64,000 nucleotides of DNA from a virus. This document shows, in pieces, positions 17,450 through 27,734 of this stretch. A model generated the notes under the pieces. It was not told the DNA's origin. It saw only the letters and a list, made by a program, of their open reading frames with translations, and ran no database searches. The position numbers and the translations under genes are program-made. The DNA is taken from the IMG/VR virus record IMGVR_UViG_3300045988_154277. One strand, 5' to 3'. Every line of letters starts with the position of its first letter. Positions within the stretch are counted from its first letter, which is position 1.

Positions 17450-19347
17450 TCATTGGGTTGATCTCACCGGATACAACTGGTGCGGATGGCCTAATGTTGT
17501 TGTTATCATAGCGTTTGCTCGTTAGACAAACTATTCTCTACGTTTCCGTAGATGTTCGGACTATCTTTCAATCCTTATGACTAAGGACAACCGGTCTTTG
17601 GAACACACTTGTGTTCTACTCAGCGTTTCAGCATGATAGTCTCTGATCCTTCTTCCTGGTAACAGGAAGCTTGGAAGCTGATATCCCATTATTACTTCAT
17701 AAGAAGTCTGATCCTTAGCACCATGTGGATACATGGCTTTTATTTCAGCATAGATCATATCAATCATTCTTTCTGCTTTCGCGACTATCACGTTCATCCT
17801 TACGGATCCCGTTGTAGTTGATTGATCTCTTAGGGTATCCCAGCCGTTAACACGGTTTATGCAGCCACAGTGTTACCACTATAGCGCCCCCATACACACC
17901 AGTCATGTGTGAGAGGTAGAGCCAAGATACTTTCAACCACCAACTGAGACGGGTGTGCCTTGAGGAGTGCGACAGGCATATTCCGTCCACCTGTTGTCGA
18001 TTTGGTTTCTGTATTCTCCAGTGAGCGAAATCTCTTCGTGAGTACAGTCAGAAGACTATTGTCGTTGCAAATCGTTGGATTCGCACGGAACACGGAGTTC
18101 GCCATCATCCAGCTCTCTCCTTGAGAAGCTGTGGTGACGAATCGTTTCACCGTATCCGGTGTCAATCCTTCGTTCTTCGCATTGATCACTCCGAAAAGCT
18201 TCGTATTGATTGACGACACCAATGGTGCCATCAACTGACTCAACGAACCGATCTTCTTAGAGAACAAGTTCGTCGGTTCGTAACTGACGATCCACCGATC
18301 GATGTTGTAGAACACCTCTCGGAGAAGTTCGTAGATGCCGTTGACTTGGATGCCGATCGTAGCCAACTGATACTGTGCCGGTGGGTCCAGCAAAGTCGCA
18401 GTGGTCTCAAGATGCTTCTCTGCATTGTCGTAGAGCAGCTGAGCATTCGTAGTACTCGGATAGGTGTATTTGCCTAGCACGGTCTTGTAATAGACCGGGT
18501 GGGTCGCTATCAAATCACGTAATCCGAATCTCGTATACTCAGTGAGACACATCAGGTAAGATGCGATCACCCTTCTCTTGAAGAGATCGTCAAGACAGGA
18601 GTTGTGAACCTTAAGGTAGATATCTTCTCTGATCTCGATGTGAGAGTACTCGTTCGACTCTTCCATCTTCGGTACCAAGGAGATCTCTCCAGGCTGAAAC
18701 CCATAATACTGCATCGTCTTATCGAACGATAGTTCGACCAGATGATACAGGATGATTGGGGTAACACCAGCCTTCTTCCCGCGTCCTCTCTTTCCTTGAT
18801 GGATCTTCACTGTGGGTACGATCTCACGACATACTCTGCCGTCAGTCGTTGTGAAGACGAACTGCTCTGATCTTCTGAAAGTCAATGGTGCACGCATGAC
18901 TTTAATGATCAGACCATCTTGGATACGATGAAGACCGCCGCGCTCTACGATGGCGAACATCGGGAAATATTGCGTGTCGGATAGGATCACCGCTCCATGA
19001 TCCAGATAAGGGATACTGATGTGCAGTGGGTATTGCACATTTTCGAACTCGAAGATGAACTTCAACTGTTCGAATGAACTCTTCTGGATTTGGATCTTCT
19101 TCTTCAGGATCGTGTTGTTACGGATATACTCGATACGCTCGTCAGGAGTTAACCGTTGATACCCAATATAACGTAATCGACCTTTGAAAAGCTTTACTGA
19201 TTCTTGGAACATCACATCGAGATAATCAGGTATCTTCTTAATACTGTTCTCTCTGAAGTGAAGGAGGAAGTCGTCGTTGAAATCCGGGAGCAGATCACTT
19301 GCTCCGATCAGGACATTCCTCAGTACTGGATTGAAATGTTCATCCAC
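17450..19347 (-). CDS. RNAP beta subunit N-terminal fragment, interrupted by a group I intron (exon 1 19347..17905, exon 2 17506..17450)
   Basis: LRYIGYQRLTPDERIEYIRNNTILKKKIQ aligns to E. coli beta [43 protein letters not shown] aligns to the fork-loop GANMQRQAVP. Exon 1 ends on codon CAU (ends in U). The ORF-track reading frame runs on into the intron. Confidence 0.6.
17507..17904 (-). ncRNA. Group I intron A (about 398 nt, no ORF)
   Basis: Homologous to the introns at 40872..41286 and 59203..59606. Shares UGAAAUAAAAGC and the GAAA-capped P4/P5 region (GGUCGAAAGAC-like). Has P7-like GAUCAGAGACUA and a UUAGUC partner. Hairpins carry compensatory changes relative to copy B. Ends ...GCUAUG. 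Confidence 0.6.
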
Positions 19348-19375
19348 TTATGCACTCCTCTCTTATGTGTTGTTG

Positions 19376-20528
19376 CTACTTTGCCCCAGTCTTCATTTTG
19401 ACATAAGCTTCCAACAACTTCACGATGCCCCCGATCACTACGGGGACAGAAGCTGCTACTGCTACATGCCACAACTTGATCTGGGACTCCGCTACCTTAT
19501 TGTCTGATATCGTGACGTTGTTGTCCGATATCTTAGACTTCGTTTCAGTCTCTTTGCGTCTGGCGTTGATATCGCCAAGATCCGCTTGCGTCTTATGGTC
19601 TCCGATGATCGTGTTATATTGATCTCGATATCGATCACGTTCTGCAGTTGTCTGCTCTAGCGTGATCTTCAACTTATCACGCTCTACCTTAAGACCCTCG
19701 ATCGTCACTTTATTACGATCTTCGATTTCAGCGGTTACTTGTTTCTCTCGGTTCTTGAGATCTTGTTCTGTGATCTTACGATACTCACGCTTAAATCGTT
19801 GTGCTTCTCTTCTTGATGTTGCGATGGCTAGATTCAGATTGGAATGTAGTTCGATCACATCGACTGGTTCCTTCGGATCTAACATCGCTTCCAACGATTC
19901 TGTATACGTCATCACTTCACCACCTAACGTCATAGTGGTATAGATCGCACATTGATTGGTGATATCGAGTTGATGAGTGATCGGGATCTCAAAGATCTCA
20001 TCGAACATCACACCATACATCACATCTGTGTTCAGTTTCCGGAACGGATCGTTCACTACGAATTGAACCGTAGGACGATCCTCACGGGTTGCACTGATCT
20101 CACTTTCCGCATTGTTCAGCAGTTGGGCGTAGTTCATGCTGCTATACGGGTGGCTCACAAGATCCGCTCGATCACGGAGACAGATCACCACATTCAGTTC
20201 CTGGATGTAGACTTGGAACTCATTGATCAACAGATTCATCGGGATCGAGATCACGTAGCCTTTCATCAAGACCTGAGTACCATCGTCTTTGATGGATTTA
20301 CCAACAACAGAACGGACGGTGATCGTCACCTGCTGACGTCCGAAGAAGTGCATGTTGCCAGAACACTCCGGAGGCAGGTCAGTTCTCTTCCCACTGAAAT
20401 CAATCACACAGAGATTGGTCGTGCTCGTATTCGAATACGAGATCTCCGTGTAATAGTGGGTTCTAGTCGAAGTTAGCGAGCCCAACGCATCCGCTTGTTC
20501 GACCTTGTAGGGGTTGTCGTTGTACATG
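19376..20528 (-). CDS. Hypothetical coiled-coil protein with C-terminal transmembrane helix (about 384 aa, start MYNDNPY)
   Basis: Promoter P3 lies about 44 nt upstream of this ATG. The listed ORF extends further upstream across the promoter and is trimmed here. Confidence 0.5.
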
Positions 20529-20571
20529 GATGATATCCTTTGGTTGATTTGATTGAACATACTTTCTAGTA

Positions 20572-20588
20572 GTAATATATACGTGAAA
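20572..20588 (-). promoter_or_regulatory. Early-type promoter P3 (core TATATATTAC)
   Basis: Motif GTAATATATACGTGAAAG follows terminator 20658-20693. Confidence 0.55.
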
Positions 20589-20657
20589 GTTGGTTCAGCG
20601 AATATCAACCGAACGAAGGACCCATGTATTCCATTGTCTTGAAGATTAGAAATATAT

Positions 20658-20693
20658 TGATCACTACGTGTAGTTAACTACACGTAGTGATCA
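20658..20693 (-). terminator. Terminator hairpin (tgatcactacgtgtag ttaa ctacacgtagtgatca)
   Basis: 16-bp perfect stem 5 nt after stop 20699. Confidence 0.6.
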
Positions 20694-20698
20694 TCACG

Positions 20699-22456
20699 TT
20701 AACGTAAGACCCATCTGGCTTCATCGATCGCTTTGGTGATATCCGAGTCGAATCGCCATTTGGTTCCAGTGTTGTCACCGAACGATTTCCCGTTGTTGAA
20801 GATCTGTTCGGCAGCTCTAGAGAGTTTCCGATAAGAGCTCCTACCGGAATTATACGAGTTCGAAGATCCATTCTTCGAGAAGACGACTTCTCCTACATCC
20901 TTCAATGCATCCAACTGTCGATAGGTCTCATCATCCAAGACTTCCTTAGCGATACGATCTCCGACATTCGTCAGTTTGTTGAAGAGTTTAGAGTCAGTTG
21001 CTTCATTCATCAACTTTGATACATTATCCACGATGGATCGATCAACACCCAATGCTTCTGCAACATCCCCAACGGTGGATTTCACAGCCTTACAACCGTA
21101 GGATGCGCCTTTGGACAAGATGCCACCAACATTGATCCCAAGGTCATCGATGAGATCCGTGTAATTGCTGAGGTTGTACGGGTTGTTGATCACATTCTCA
21201 GCCATACTGATGATGTCGGATGAGAAGATCCCTTTGTCCTTGGAGAAGTTATCCAAGAGTTTACCGAAGGTGGATACATCTCCGGCATTCTTGGCAACAT
21301 CCAGACCTTTGGTGATGATACCATCGACCAAAGAACTAGTATCAGAGAGGTTGATACCTCCAACACTTTCCAGGACATCACCACCGACACTTTTCGCGAA
21401 GCTGGTAGCAGCACTGGTGATGTTGCTGAGATCGAAAGACCCATTGTTCGATATCGCATCGACAACAGAGCCACCGACACTATCGAGAACTTTATCCGTG
21501 ATACCTTCAAACGTACCACCGGTGATGTCACTGAAGATACTGCTAGCAGTTGTCTCACCGAGGATCGAAGTCATCGAGTTAGAACCGAGCTGCATCCCGT
21601 TGATGCTGGATGCTAGAGTGGAAGTCAGACCAGAGCTTCCACTTAAAGCACCGGTGATCAAACTGGCAGTACCCGATCCACCGAGAAGACCTCCCGTGTA
21701 TCCAGATACCACATTACCAACCAGATCACTTCCGATCGAAGAGAGACTCGGCGTCTCACCTTGGATGATCCCCAACCCAGCATCGGCTACGGTACCAACA
21801 ACAGAAGATGCGATCGTTGGAGGAACCACACCCCCTGTCATAGCAGAGACATACATCCCAGCACCGGATACAGCAAGGTCTCCTAACCCACTGTTCAGAA
21901 GACCTTCTGCACCGCTAGCCAGAGATGATAAATCCCCACTCAGAAGACCGCTAGCTCCACTTGTCAGAGAAGAGAGACCACCTCCCATAGCAGAGCTCAA
22001 TCCACCAGTCAAGGAGGAGAGCCCACTACCACCCAACGCAGATGCTAAACCTCCACCCAGAAGGTCTTTACCTTCGTTGAATAACCCTTGTGTCAATGAG
22101 TTAGCTGTGAGTTCTCCGGTTAAACCACCCAGCAGATCAGAAGACAACGGGTTCGTCACTGCACTTGGCATGATCGATGTCAAGGCAGGTGCAGTGAACC
22201 CAGTTACAAACATATCCTGTGCATGAGACATCATGTCCGTGGCGTAGCTCTGCATCGCAGACAGGTCCAAGTTCGCGATGTCGAGAGCGATCCCACCACG
22301 GACGGTATCGAGAAGACCACGTACATTCGTCGCAGCTTGTAACTGCGACATCATGTTGTTGGCACTCTCGTTGATGATGTCCATTGGATTAAACGGAGCG
22401 ATCTTAAACAACCCACTAAGGTCGAGCGGACTGACTCCGGTTAAATCTGTCAACAT
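20699..22456 (-). CDS. Gly/Ser/Leu/Thr-rich low-complexity protein (585 aa), possibly a virion internal or fibrous protein
   Basis: Long repeats of type GGLSSLTSGASGLLSG. Lies 14 nt downstream of the giant gene in the same operon. Confidence 0.55.
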   Translation of the reverse strand: MLTDLTGVSPLDLSGLFKIAPFNPMDIINESANNMMSQLQAATNVRGLLDTVRGGIALDIANLDLSAMQSYATDMMSHAQDMFVTGFTAPALTSIMPSAVTNPLSSDLLGGLTGELTANSLTQGLFNEGKDLLGGGLASALGGSGLSSLTGGLSSAMGGGLSSLTSGASGLLSGDLSSLASGAEGLLNSGLGDLAVSGAGMYVSAMTGGVVPPTIASSVVGTVADAGLGIIQGETPSLSSIGSDLVGNVVSGYTGGLLGGSGTASLITGALSGSSGLTSTLASSINGMQLGSNSMTSILGETTASSIFSDITGGTFEGITDKVLDSVGGSVVDAISNNGSFDLSNITSAATSFAKSVGGDVLESVGGINLSDTSSLVDGIITKGLDVAKNAGDVSTFGKLLDNFSKDKGIFSSDIISMAENVINNPYNLSNYTDLIDDLGINVGGILSKGASYGCKAVKSTVGDVAEALGVDRSIVDNVSKLMNEATDSKLFNKLTNVGDRIAKEVLDDETYRQLDALKDVGEVVFSKNGSSNSYNSGRSSYRKLSRAAEQIFNNGKSFGDNTGTKWRFDSDITKAIDEARWVLR

Positions 22457-22469
22457 AATCAGACTCTCC

Positions 22470-25400
22470 TTAGAGGTTGGTATCGAGCATCATCGATTGA
22501 AGGAGTTTACTTCCCACTACAGATGCTCGAGTACGACTATTCGGATCGATCGTATCCAGATCAGCTTCTCCGTTCTCTTCCAACATCCTGCGGAACTCGC
22601 TATACCCGTGGATGTTACCACCACGGATGTTCACCAATTCCTGCATCGTCTTGCTGAGTCCACGAGCAGCGAGGATCTGGATCTCCGGGTTCGTGATGGA
22701 ACAAGCGCGACTGTCACCAGTAACTTGCCCAGTCAACCCATCGATCGTCCGATCATTATCCGGAACTGAAATCTTCTCATCCAAGAACTGTTGTTGTCTT
22801 CGGATGGGGAGTTTCACGAACATATACTTGTTGTCGGTCAGATACTTACGACCAGTTGCACGGTCATACATCCAAACACGTTGGAAGAGATCCAACCCGA
22901 TCATATCACAAGCTTTCAGAAGATCTTCGTTCTGCAAGTTCACGATCATGTTGGGAGCGACGATGTGGAGCTGCCACTTGCCTTCCTTCATGTAGTTCAT
23001 GAACTGATCAAACTCTTTGTCATTCATCTGTCCTATGATCTGACGATACCGTTTGGAGTTCAGTCCGGACGGTTCCATCGTATCACAGAGCTTACAGATG
23101 TAGTCCAAGATCTCCTTCTTTTTCTGAGCGATCTTGGATGATGCGGTTGATGCTTCCATAGAAGAACCTAATTGTTCTGTTGACGATTGAGACTCCGAAT
23201 CAAAAGAAGTACATTCCAATGATTCGACAGCTGGTCCGAACTGTTTTACCATACTTGGATCAAACTTAGTTTCCCAAGTCACAGTGATCTTCTGTTTCGA
23301 AGTGTACTTCAATGGTTCATCATCCACATATCGACACTCACGTTTCGTATCTCCACCACCAAACGTTTTTAACTTAGACTTTACATCATCAGTCAGTTTG
23401 ATAGAGTAAAGATACCCAGTGGATTCACCATGTGTTTCTTTAAACGTCTTTGCGTTGTGATACACAGTGATGTGTTTTGGAATTGTATTAAGTTTGGAGA
23501 CGTCTTGTTTCCAAACATCATAACTCCAATGAATAGAACGATAACCGTGGTTCTCTTCTCCATACAAATCTTGTTTGTTTATGATGAAGATAGAAGCGAT
23601 CCCTTTCAGAGGAGAAAGGAAGATTGACTTCTTATATTGAGAAGCTCGTCCATAACCTTTCAGTTCTGTCAGATCGTTTGGAGATCCATGATAGAGTTCA
23701 TCACCCCATGTTTTCATCTGAGCAGAAGTTAGCTTTTCAGCTGACATCTTCAGCACATCAGTCTTCAAGACCATCAAGTACATCTTCTCTCTAGTTTCTA
23801 CAATCTTGAATCCCATAGACTCATACAGATGACACACCTTCTGGTTCGTCTTGTACGCACAGATGTAGATCTCAGTTGTGATTGGGTTGTGTTTCAGCAC
23901 ATATTGAATCGTAGCAGATACACTCTGCTTACCATAGCCCTTTCCCTGATACTTGGGGAAGATACCGAGATTAAACAAATCCACGGTGTTGTCTTTATAG
24001 AACATCACACCGATCGATCCGATCACCTCTGATCCATGCATCAACAAGAAGAACTGACGTCCTTTCTTCAGATCAGCTTTGACATCACTCGGAGTCCATT
24101 TCTTATAGTCATCTGGATCGTCGTCAATCAGATCAGCTGTATCTGTCACATACTTGACTTCTACCTGATTGGATAGATCCAGTTCCTTCAAAGTAATGGA
24201 ACTAGCTGGTAACGTCAGAGATTCAAGACTTATAGGTAACACTTCCATAGACACATGGACAACATCGCCTTCCAATTCCAGACTGGCTAAAGACTTAGAC
24301 ATCCTTTTTGGTTTCGGGGCTTTCCCTCCAGTCAGTTTTGGATTATGAACGTATTGTACATCCACATTGGTGTAAGTATTTGGTTGTATCCCATTAATAC
24401 TCAAATGATTTGGATCACCAGTGTATCTTAGGATAGTCTTCTTGTCTGATACTGTTTCCGAAAGAAAGTCTTGTGTACAGCGGTTTGTTGGAACTTTGTA
24501 AACATCGACCGACACAGTCTGCGTTGGCTTACAACGATATCTCCAATTAGGTTTTCCAATATCGTTGTATTCAACGATGATCAGAGAGTTGTGAAGATTG
24601 ACCTGTTTTGGTATAATGTTAAACAGAACAGTTCCACGTTTCATATTCCAAGTTGCAGTTTTAGCACCAAGCGCAACAGCATAATTGCTATCTGCACACA
24701 CTAGAATTCTATTCCCTACCTTAGGAAGATCCGTTCCACCTGCTGGAATACCAACGTAAACAGGTTTCCCCTTAACGTCAACCACTTCAACTTCGCCAGC
24801 CTGGACATTAGCTGCCTTTTCCTCTGACACCACGCAATCCTCAGGGATATCCAACGACTCAAAACCACGGAAGAACGCTTTCACGTTCTCACGTTCTTTC
24901 TTATCAACGATCTGATCGAACTGGTCTCCGGACCACTGCATGATATCCTCCATACGGGTTGAGAGGTTCGCTTCCTTGCCGGTATCAAGAACCAGACTGA
25001 TGATTTCACAATCTGTATCCTGACCGATACGGTGCACACGGTCAGATGCCTGCTGATACTCGATCGATCTCCAAGGTTTGTTCAGGAAAATCACTGTGTT
25101 GGCAGCCGTCAAGGTTGCTCCAGTACTCAACATCTTCAAAGATGCGATCAATGGATTCAACGACTGATCCTCTTGGAACCGTTTTACCGTGTTAGTCAGT
25201 TCAGAAGCTGTTTTACCGTATACAGCAAGTGGAGAATACCCTTCCTTCTGGAAGTAGTTATAAGCCAACTCGATCGTATCCACATAAGACGTGAATACAA
25301 CAGTCTTCTTCATGGCATCATCCACATACTGCTTCAGATCAGCAGCTTGCATCATCTCAGAGGTCATCTGCATACGGAGATGTGTCAATAAGGTACCGAT

Positions 25401-27623
25401 CACCTCTCCTTTGATCTTGAGAGGAAGGTACTTCACAACAGACTTCGACCAGATGAACTTCTTCTTGAGATCATCAGGAAGAGCAGGGATCAGAACGTCG
25501 CGTTCATACTGATTCGCCCAAACGATATCAGCGTTACCACGAGCATCAACGATATTCGAGTTGCGCAACTCGTCGATGATGTTCATATACCGTTGGAACT
25601 CAGGTTGATCACCGATACCAGGTTCATTCTGCAACCATTCGATCGCGTCTTCGAATGCTGTGATATACGCTGTGAGATTCTGTTGATAATAATCCTGTCG
25701 TTCTTTGACGAAGGTAATGATCTGTTTCTCCACTTGGGATACCGTATACTTCCATCCTGTTGACATACGGACAGAGACCGTTGTTTCTTTCTTCTCAGGA
25801 AGTGACAAGATATCCTTCGTAACACGAGTGATCATACGAGTGAGTCTTGCATTTAAGACGTCGTTTGCGATCGCCGTGTTGAAACCGAATGTCGCTTTGA
25901 AGATCGCACATGCTTCATCATCGAAGTAAGGATCCAAAACAGACATGATCGGGATGAGTTCGACTCCTGCGCACTTGATGGGCGTGCCACTGAGCAAGAG
26001 TAGATCTGCATTCTGATTGTATCTGGCAAGATCCAACAACAACTGTGTACGAAGAGACGAAGTTCTCAGGAAGTTATGAGACTCATCTACGATTACACCG
26101 AGGTTGTTGAGTTTGTTCTTGATCAAGAACTCTTTCACTTCTTCGATCCTCTCATAGTTCACGATGATCCATCGGGAGGATGTAGTGAGAGGACCTTTGG
26201 TATACCCAGCAACCCACACCTTCTGTTTTTGGTTGAAGAACTTAATCAGATGTGTGTTCCAAGTCTCCAACATCGTGTTCTTCGGACAGATGATAACGAC
26301 ATGTTCTTTCTTCAGAGCTGTCATCAACCCTAGAGCTGTGATCGTCTTACCAAGTCCTTGTTCGAAGGACAACAGATAACCTCTCAGGTGGTTCGTCGTC
26401 TTATTGGTTACATAGTTCTTGATGAACTCGATCTGATGCTCATAGAACTTGGCGTTGATCTCTCTATTGAGAACAGTCAGATCTGCGAATTCTGTCGGTT
26501 GAACAGCAGTACCTACCCAAGTATGACTTTTGATCGTATCGGTTAAGCTAACAGGGAATTGAAACTTATCCAAAAGATAGATGAGTTCCGGTATGAAGAA
26601 CTTATGGATACTGATCGTTCTCTTCTGAGCGAAGAAGAACCGGATACCGATCACCTTGAACAGGTGTTCCAGTTTCGTAGTTTTATACTCTTTGCGGAGT
26701 TTGTTGAAGAACTGGATCACCGGAAAGTTCCGTATCGTGTAATACATCCCCTCTTCCACAACAGGATCGAACAACCCTTCTGAAGATATCACAATAGCTT
26801 CAGTAGATGTGGTTTCCTCTCCGACCTGCGAAGTCACACTCATCTTAAGCTTAGGCGGATCCGGGATCGGCTCGCTGCTCTGAACATAGAGTTTAGATGG
26901 GATCCACATCAAGCAAGCTTCCAACACTTGAGTATATCTCGGACCATAAGACCAACGTTTGTCTTTGTTCTTCAGCCACCAGTCTTTCGCGGTATCACCC
27001 ATCTCGATACCAACAGCAGCCCAGTCAGCTACCATTTCACCGAGAGCCATCAGGATCGCAGGATGCCCTCCCTTATCCTTATATGCATCCTTCAGTTTTT
27101 CATCTGAGATCACCCACTGTTCTTTCTCAGGATCCGGACGATGCATATAGTTCTCAGGGTGATGGTCGTTGAGTTGGTGGTGCTTAGGCCATTCAATCTC
27201 TTCATAGACTCGCTTTGCTTCTGGAGAGATCTCATAGAGATCCTTATACTTATAAAGCGGAGCATTCAGTGCGAAAGACGCAACATGTTCGTTCCCTTGA
27301 AGCTTATCGTAATCATGCTGTTGGACTTTGGCGATGAACCGATCGAAATATCCTCCGAACTGGAAGAACTCGCGAAGGTAGTTCGCGCAGATCTTCACAT
27401 TCTCAACGTGGTTCTTCGTCCTTTGAATATGGTAACGTAAGATCCACTGAGCCAATTCAGCATCCGACAGAACAGTGTTGTTCTTCGTGATACAGGACTC
27501 GATGATCTTTAATACAGTTCTGTTAGGATCACACTCGATCAGTACTTGACCGCCTTTTTTAGACAGGTTGTTATAGTACATCGTATCGAATGGGACCTGT
27601 TTGAAATTGAGTTGGTCACTCAT
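22470..27623 (-). CDS. Giant multidomain protein (1717 aa): unknown N-terminal region, SNF2-family helicase, GNAT acetyltransferase, unknown C-terminal region
   Basis: SNF2 motifs LSFEQGLGKTITALG (motif I), VIVDESHNF (motif II), LLLSGTPIKCAG (motif III) and QASDRVHRIGQDTD (motif VI). The GNAT signature is LGIFPKYQGKGYGKQ...HLYESMGFKIVE. Confidence 0.7.
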   Translation of the reverse strand: MSDQLNFKQVPFDTMYYNNLSKKGGQVLIECDPNRTVLKIIESCITKNNTVLSDAELAQWILRYHIQRTKNHVENVKICANYLREFFQFGGYFDRFIAKVQQHDYDKLQGNEHVASFALNAPLYKYKDLYEISPEAKRVYEEIEWPKHHQLNDHHPENYMHRPDPEKEQWVISDEKLKDAYKDKGGHPAILMALGEMVADWAAVGIEMGDTAKDWWLKNKDKRWSYGPRYTQVLEACLMWIPSKLYVQSSEPIPDPPKLKMSVTSQVGEETTSTEAIVISSEGLFDPVVEEGMYYTIRNFPVIQFFNKLRKEYKTTKLEHLFKVIGIRFFFAQKRTISIHKFFIPELIYLLDKFQFPVSLTDTIKSHTWVGTAVQPTEFADLTVLNREINAKFYEHQIEFIKNYVTNKTTNHLRGYLLSFEQGLGKTITALGLMTALKKEHVVIICPKNTMLETWNTHLIKFFNQKQKVWVAGYTKGPLTTSSRWIIVNYERIEEVKEFLIKNKLNNLGVIVDESHNFLRTSSLRTQLLLDLARYNQNADLLLLSGTPIKCAGVELIPIMSVLDPYFDDEACAIFKATFGFNTAIANDVLNARLTRMITRVTKDILSLPEKKETTVSVRMSTGWKYTVSQVEKQIITFVKERQDYYQQNLTAYITAFEDAIEWLQNEPGIGDQPEFQRYMNIIDELRNSNIVDARGNADIVWANQYERDVLIPALPDDLKKKFIWSKSVVKYLPLKIKGEVIGTLLTHLRMQMTSEMMQAADLKQYVDDAMKKTVVFTSYVDTIELAYNYFQKEGYSPLAVYGKTASELTNTVKRFQEDQSLNPLIASLKMLSTGATLTAANTVIFLNKPWRSIEYQQASDRVHRIGQDTDCEIISLVLDTGKEANLSTRMEDIMQWSGDQFDQIVDKKERENVKAFFRGFESLDIPEDCVVSEEKAANVQAGEVEVVDVKGKPVYVGIPAGGTDLPKVGNRILVCADSNYAVALGAKTATWNMKRGTVLFNIIPKQVNLHNSLIIVEYNDIGKPNWRYRCKPTQTVSVDVYKVPTNRCTQDFLSETVSDKKTILRYTGDPNHLSINGIQPNTYTNVDVQYVHNPKLTGGKAPKPKRMSKSLASLELEGDVVHVSMEVLPISLESLTLPASSITLKELDLSNQVEVKYVTDTADLIDDDPDDYKKWTPSDVKADLKKGRQFFLLMHGSEVIGSIGVMFYKDNTVDLFNLGIFPKYQGKGYGKQSVSATIQYVLKHNPITTEIYICAYKTNQKVCHLYESMGFKIVETREKMYLMVLKTDVLKMSAEKLTSAQMKTWGDELYHGSPNDLTELKGYGRASQYKKSIFLSPLKGIASIFIINKQDLYGEENHGYRSIHWSYDVWKQDVSKLNTIPKHITVYHNAKTFKETHGESTGYLYSIKLTDDVKSKLKTFGGGDTKRECRYVDDEPLKYTSKQKITVTWETKFDPSMVKQFGPAVESLECTSFDSESQSSTEQLGSSMEASTASSKIAQKKKEILDYICKLCDTMEPSGLNSKRYRQIIGQMNDKEFDQFMNYMKEGKWQLHIVAPNMIVNLQNEDLLKACDMIGLDLFQRVWMYDRATGRKYLTDNKYMFVKLPIRRQQQFLDEKISVPDNDRTIDGLTGQVTGDSRACSITNPEIQILAARGLSKTMQELVNIRGGNIHGYSEFRRMLEENGEADLDTIDPNSRTRASVVGSKLLQSMMLDTNL

Positions 27624-27660
27624 CAGTAACCTCCTTGGTTCGACATATCTATTGTGAATT

Positions 27661-27670
27661 GCATAGCATG
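27661..27670 (-). promoter_or_regulatory. Candidate second-class promoter element (minus strand CATGCTATGC), 37 nt upstream of the giant gene ATG
   Basis: The same decamer, allowing one mismatch, occurs 35 nt upstream of the 33447..34919 ATG and 33 nt upstream of the beta-prime ATG. It contains TATG, the reported phiKZ late element. Confidence 0.35.
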
Positions 27671-27689
27671 CCTGAACATCAAGAAATCT

Positions 27690-27720
27690 AACTGAGGTAG
27701 AGAGCTACTCTACCTCAGTT
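27690..27720 (-). terminator. Terminator hairpin (aactgaggtagag...ctctacctcagtt) followed by AGAUUUCUUGAUGUUC
   Basis: 13-bp stem downstream of stop 27735. Confidence 0.5.
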
Positions 27721-27734
27721 AGGGTCGATATATC

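Noticed and set aside
17560-17900. Initial reading of GAUAGUC...GACUAUC in intron A as S and R elements in the wrong order, which argued against a group I intron
   Set aside because: Alignment to the beta-prime intron shows that GAUAGUCGCG belongs to the P4/P5 region. The true P7 strands are GAUCAGAGACUA and UUAGUC, in the correct order on the minus strand.
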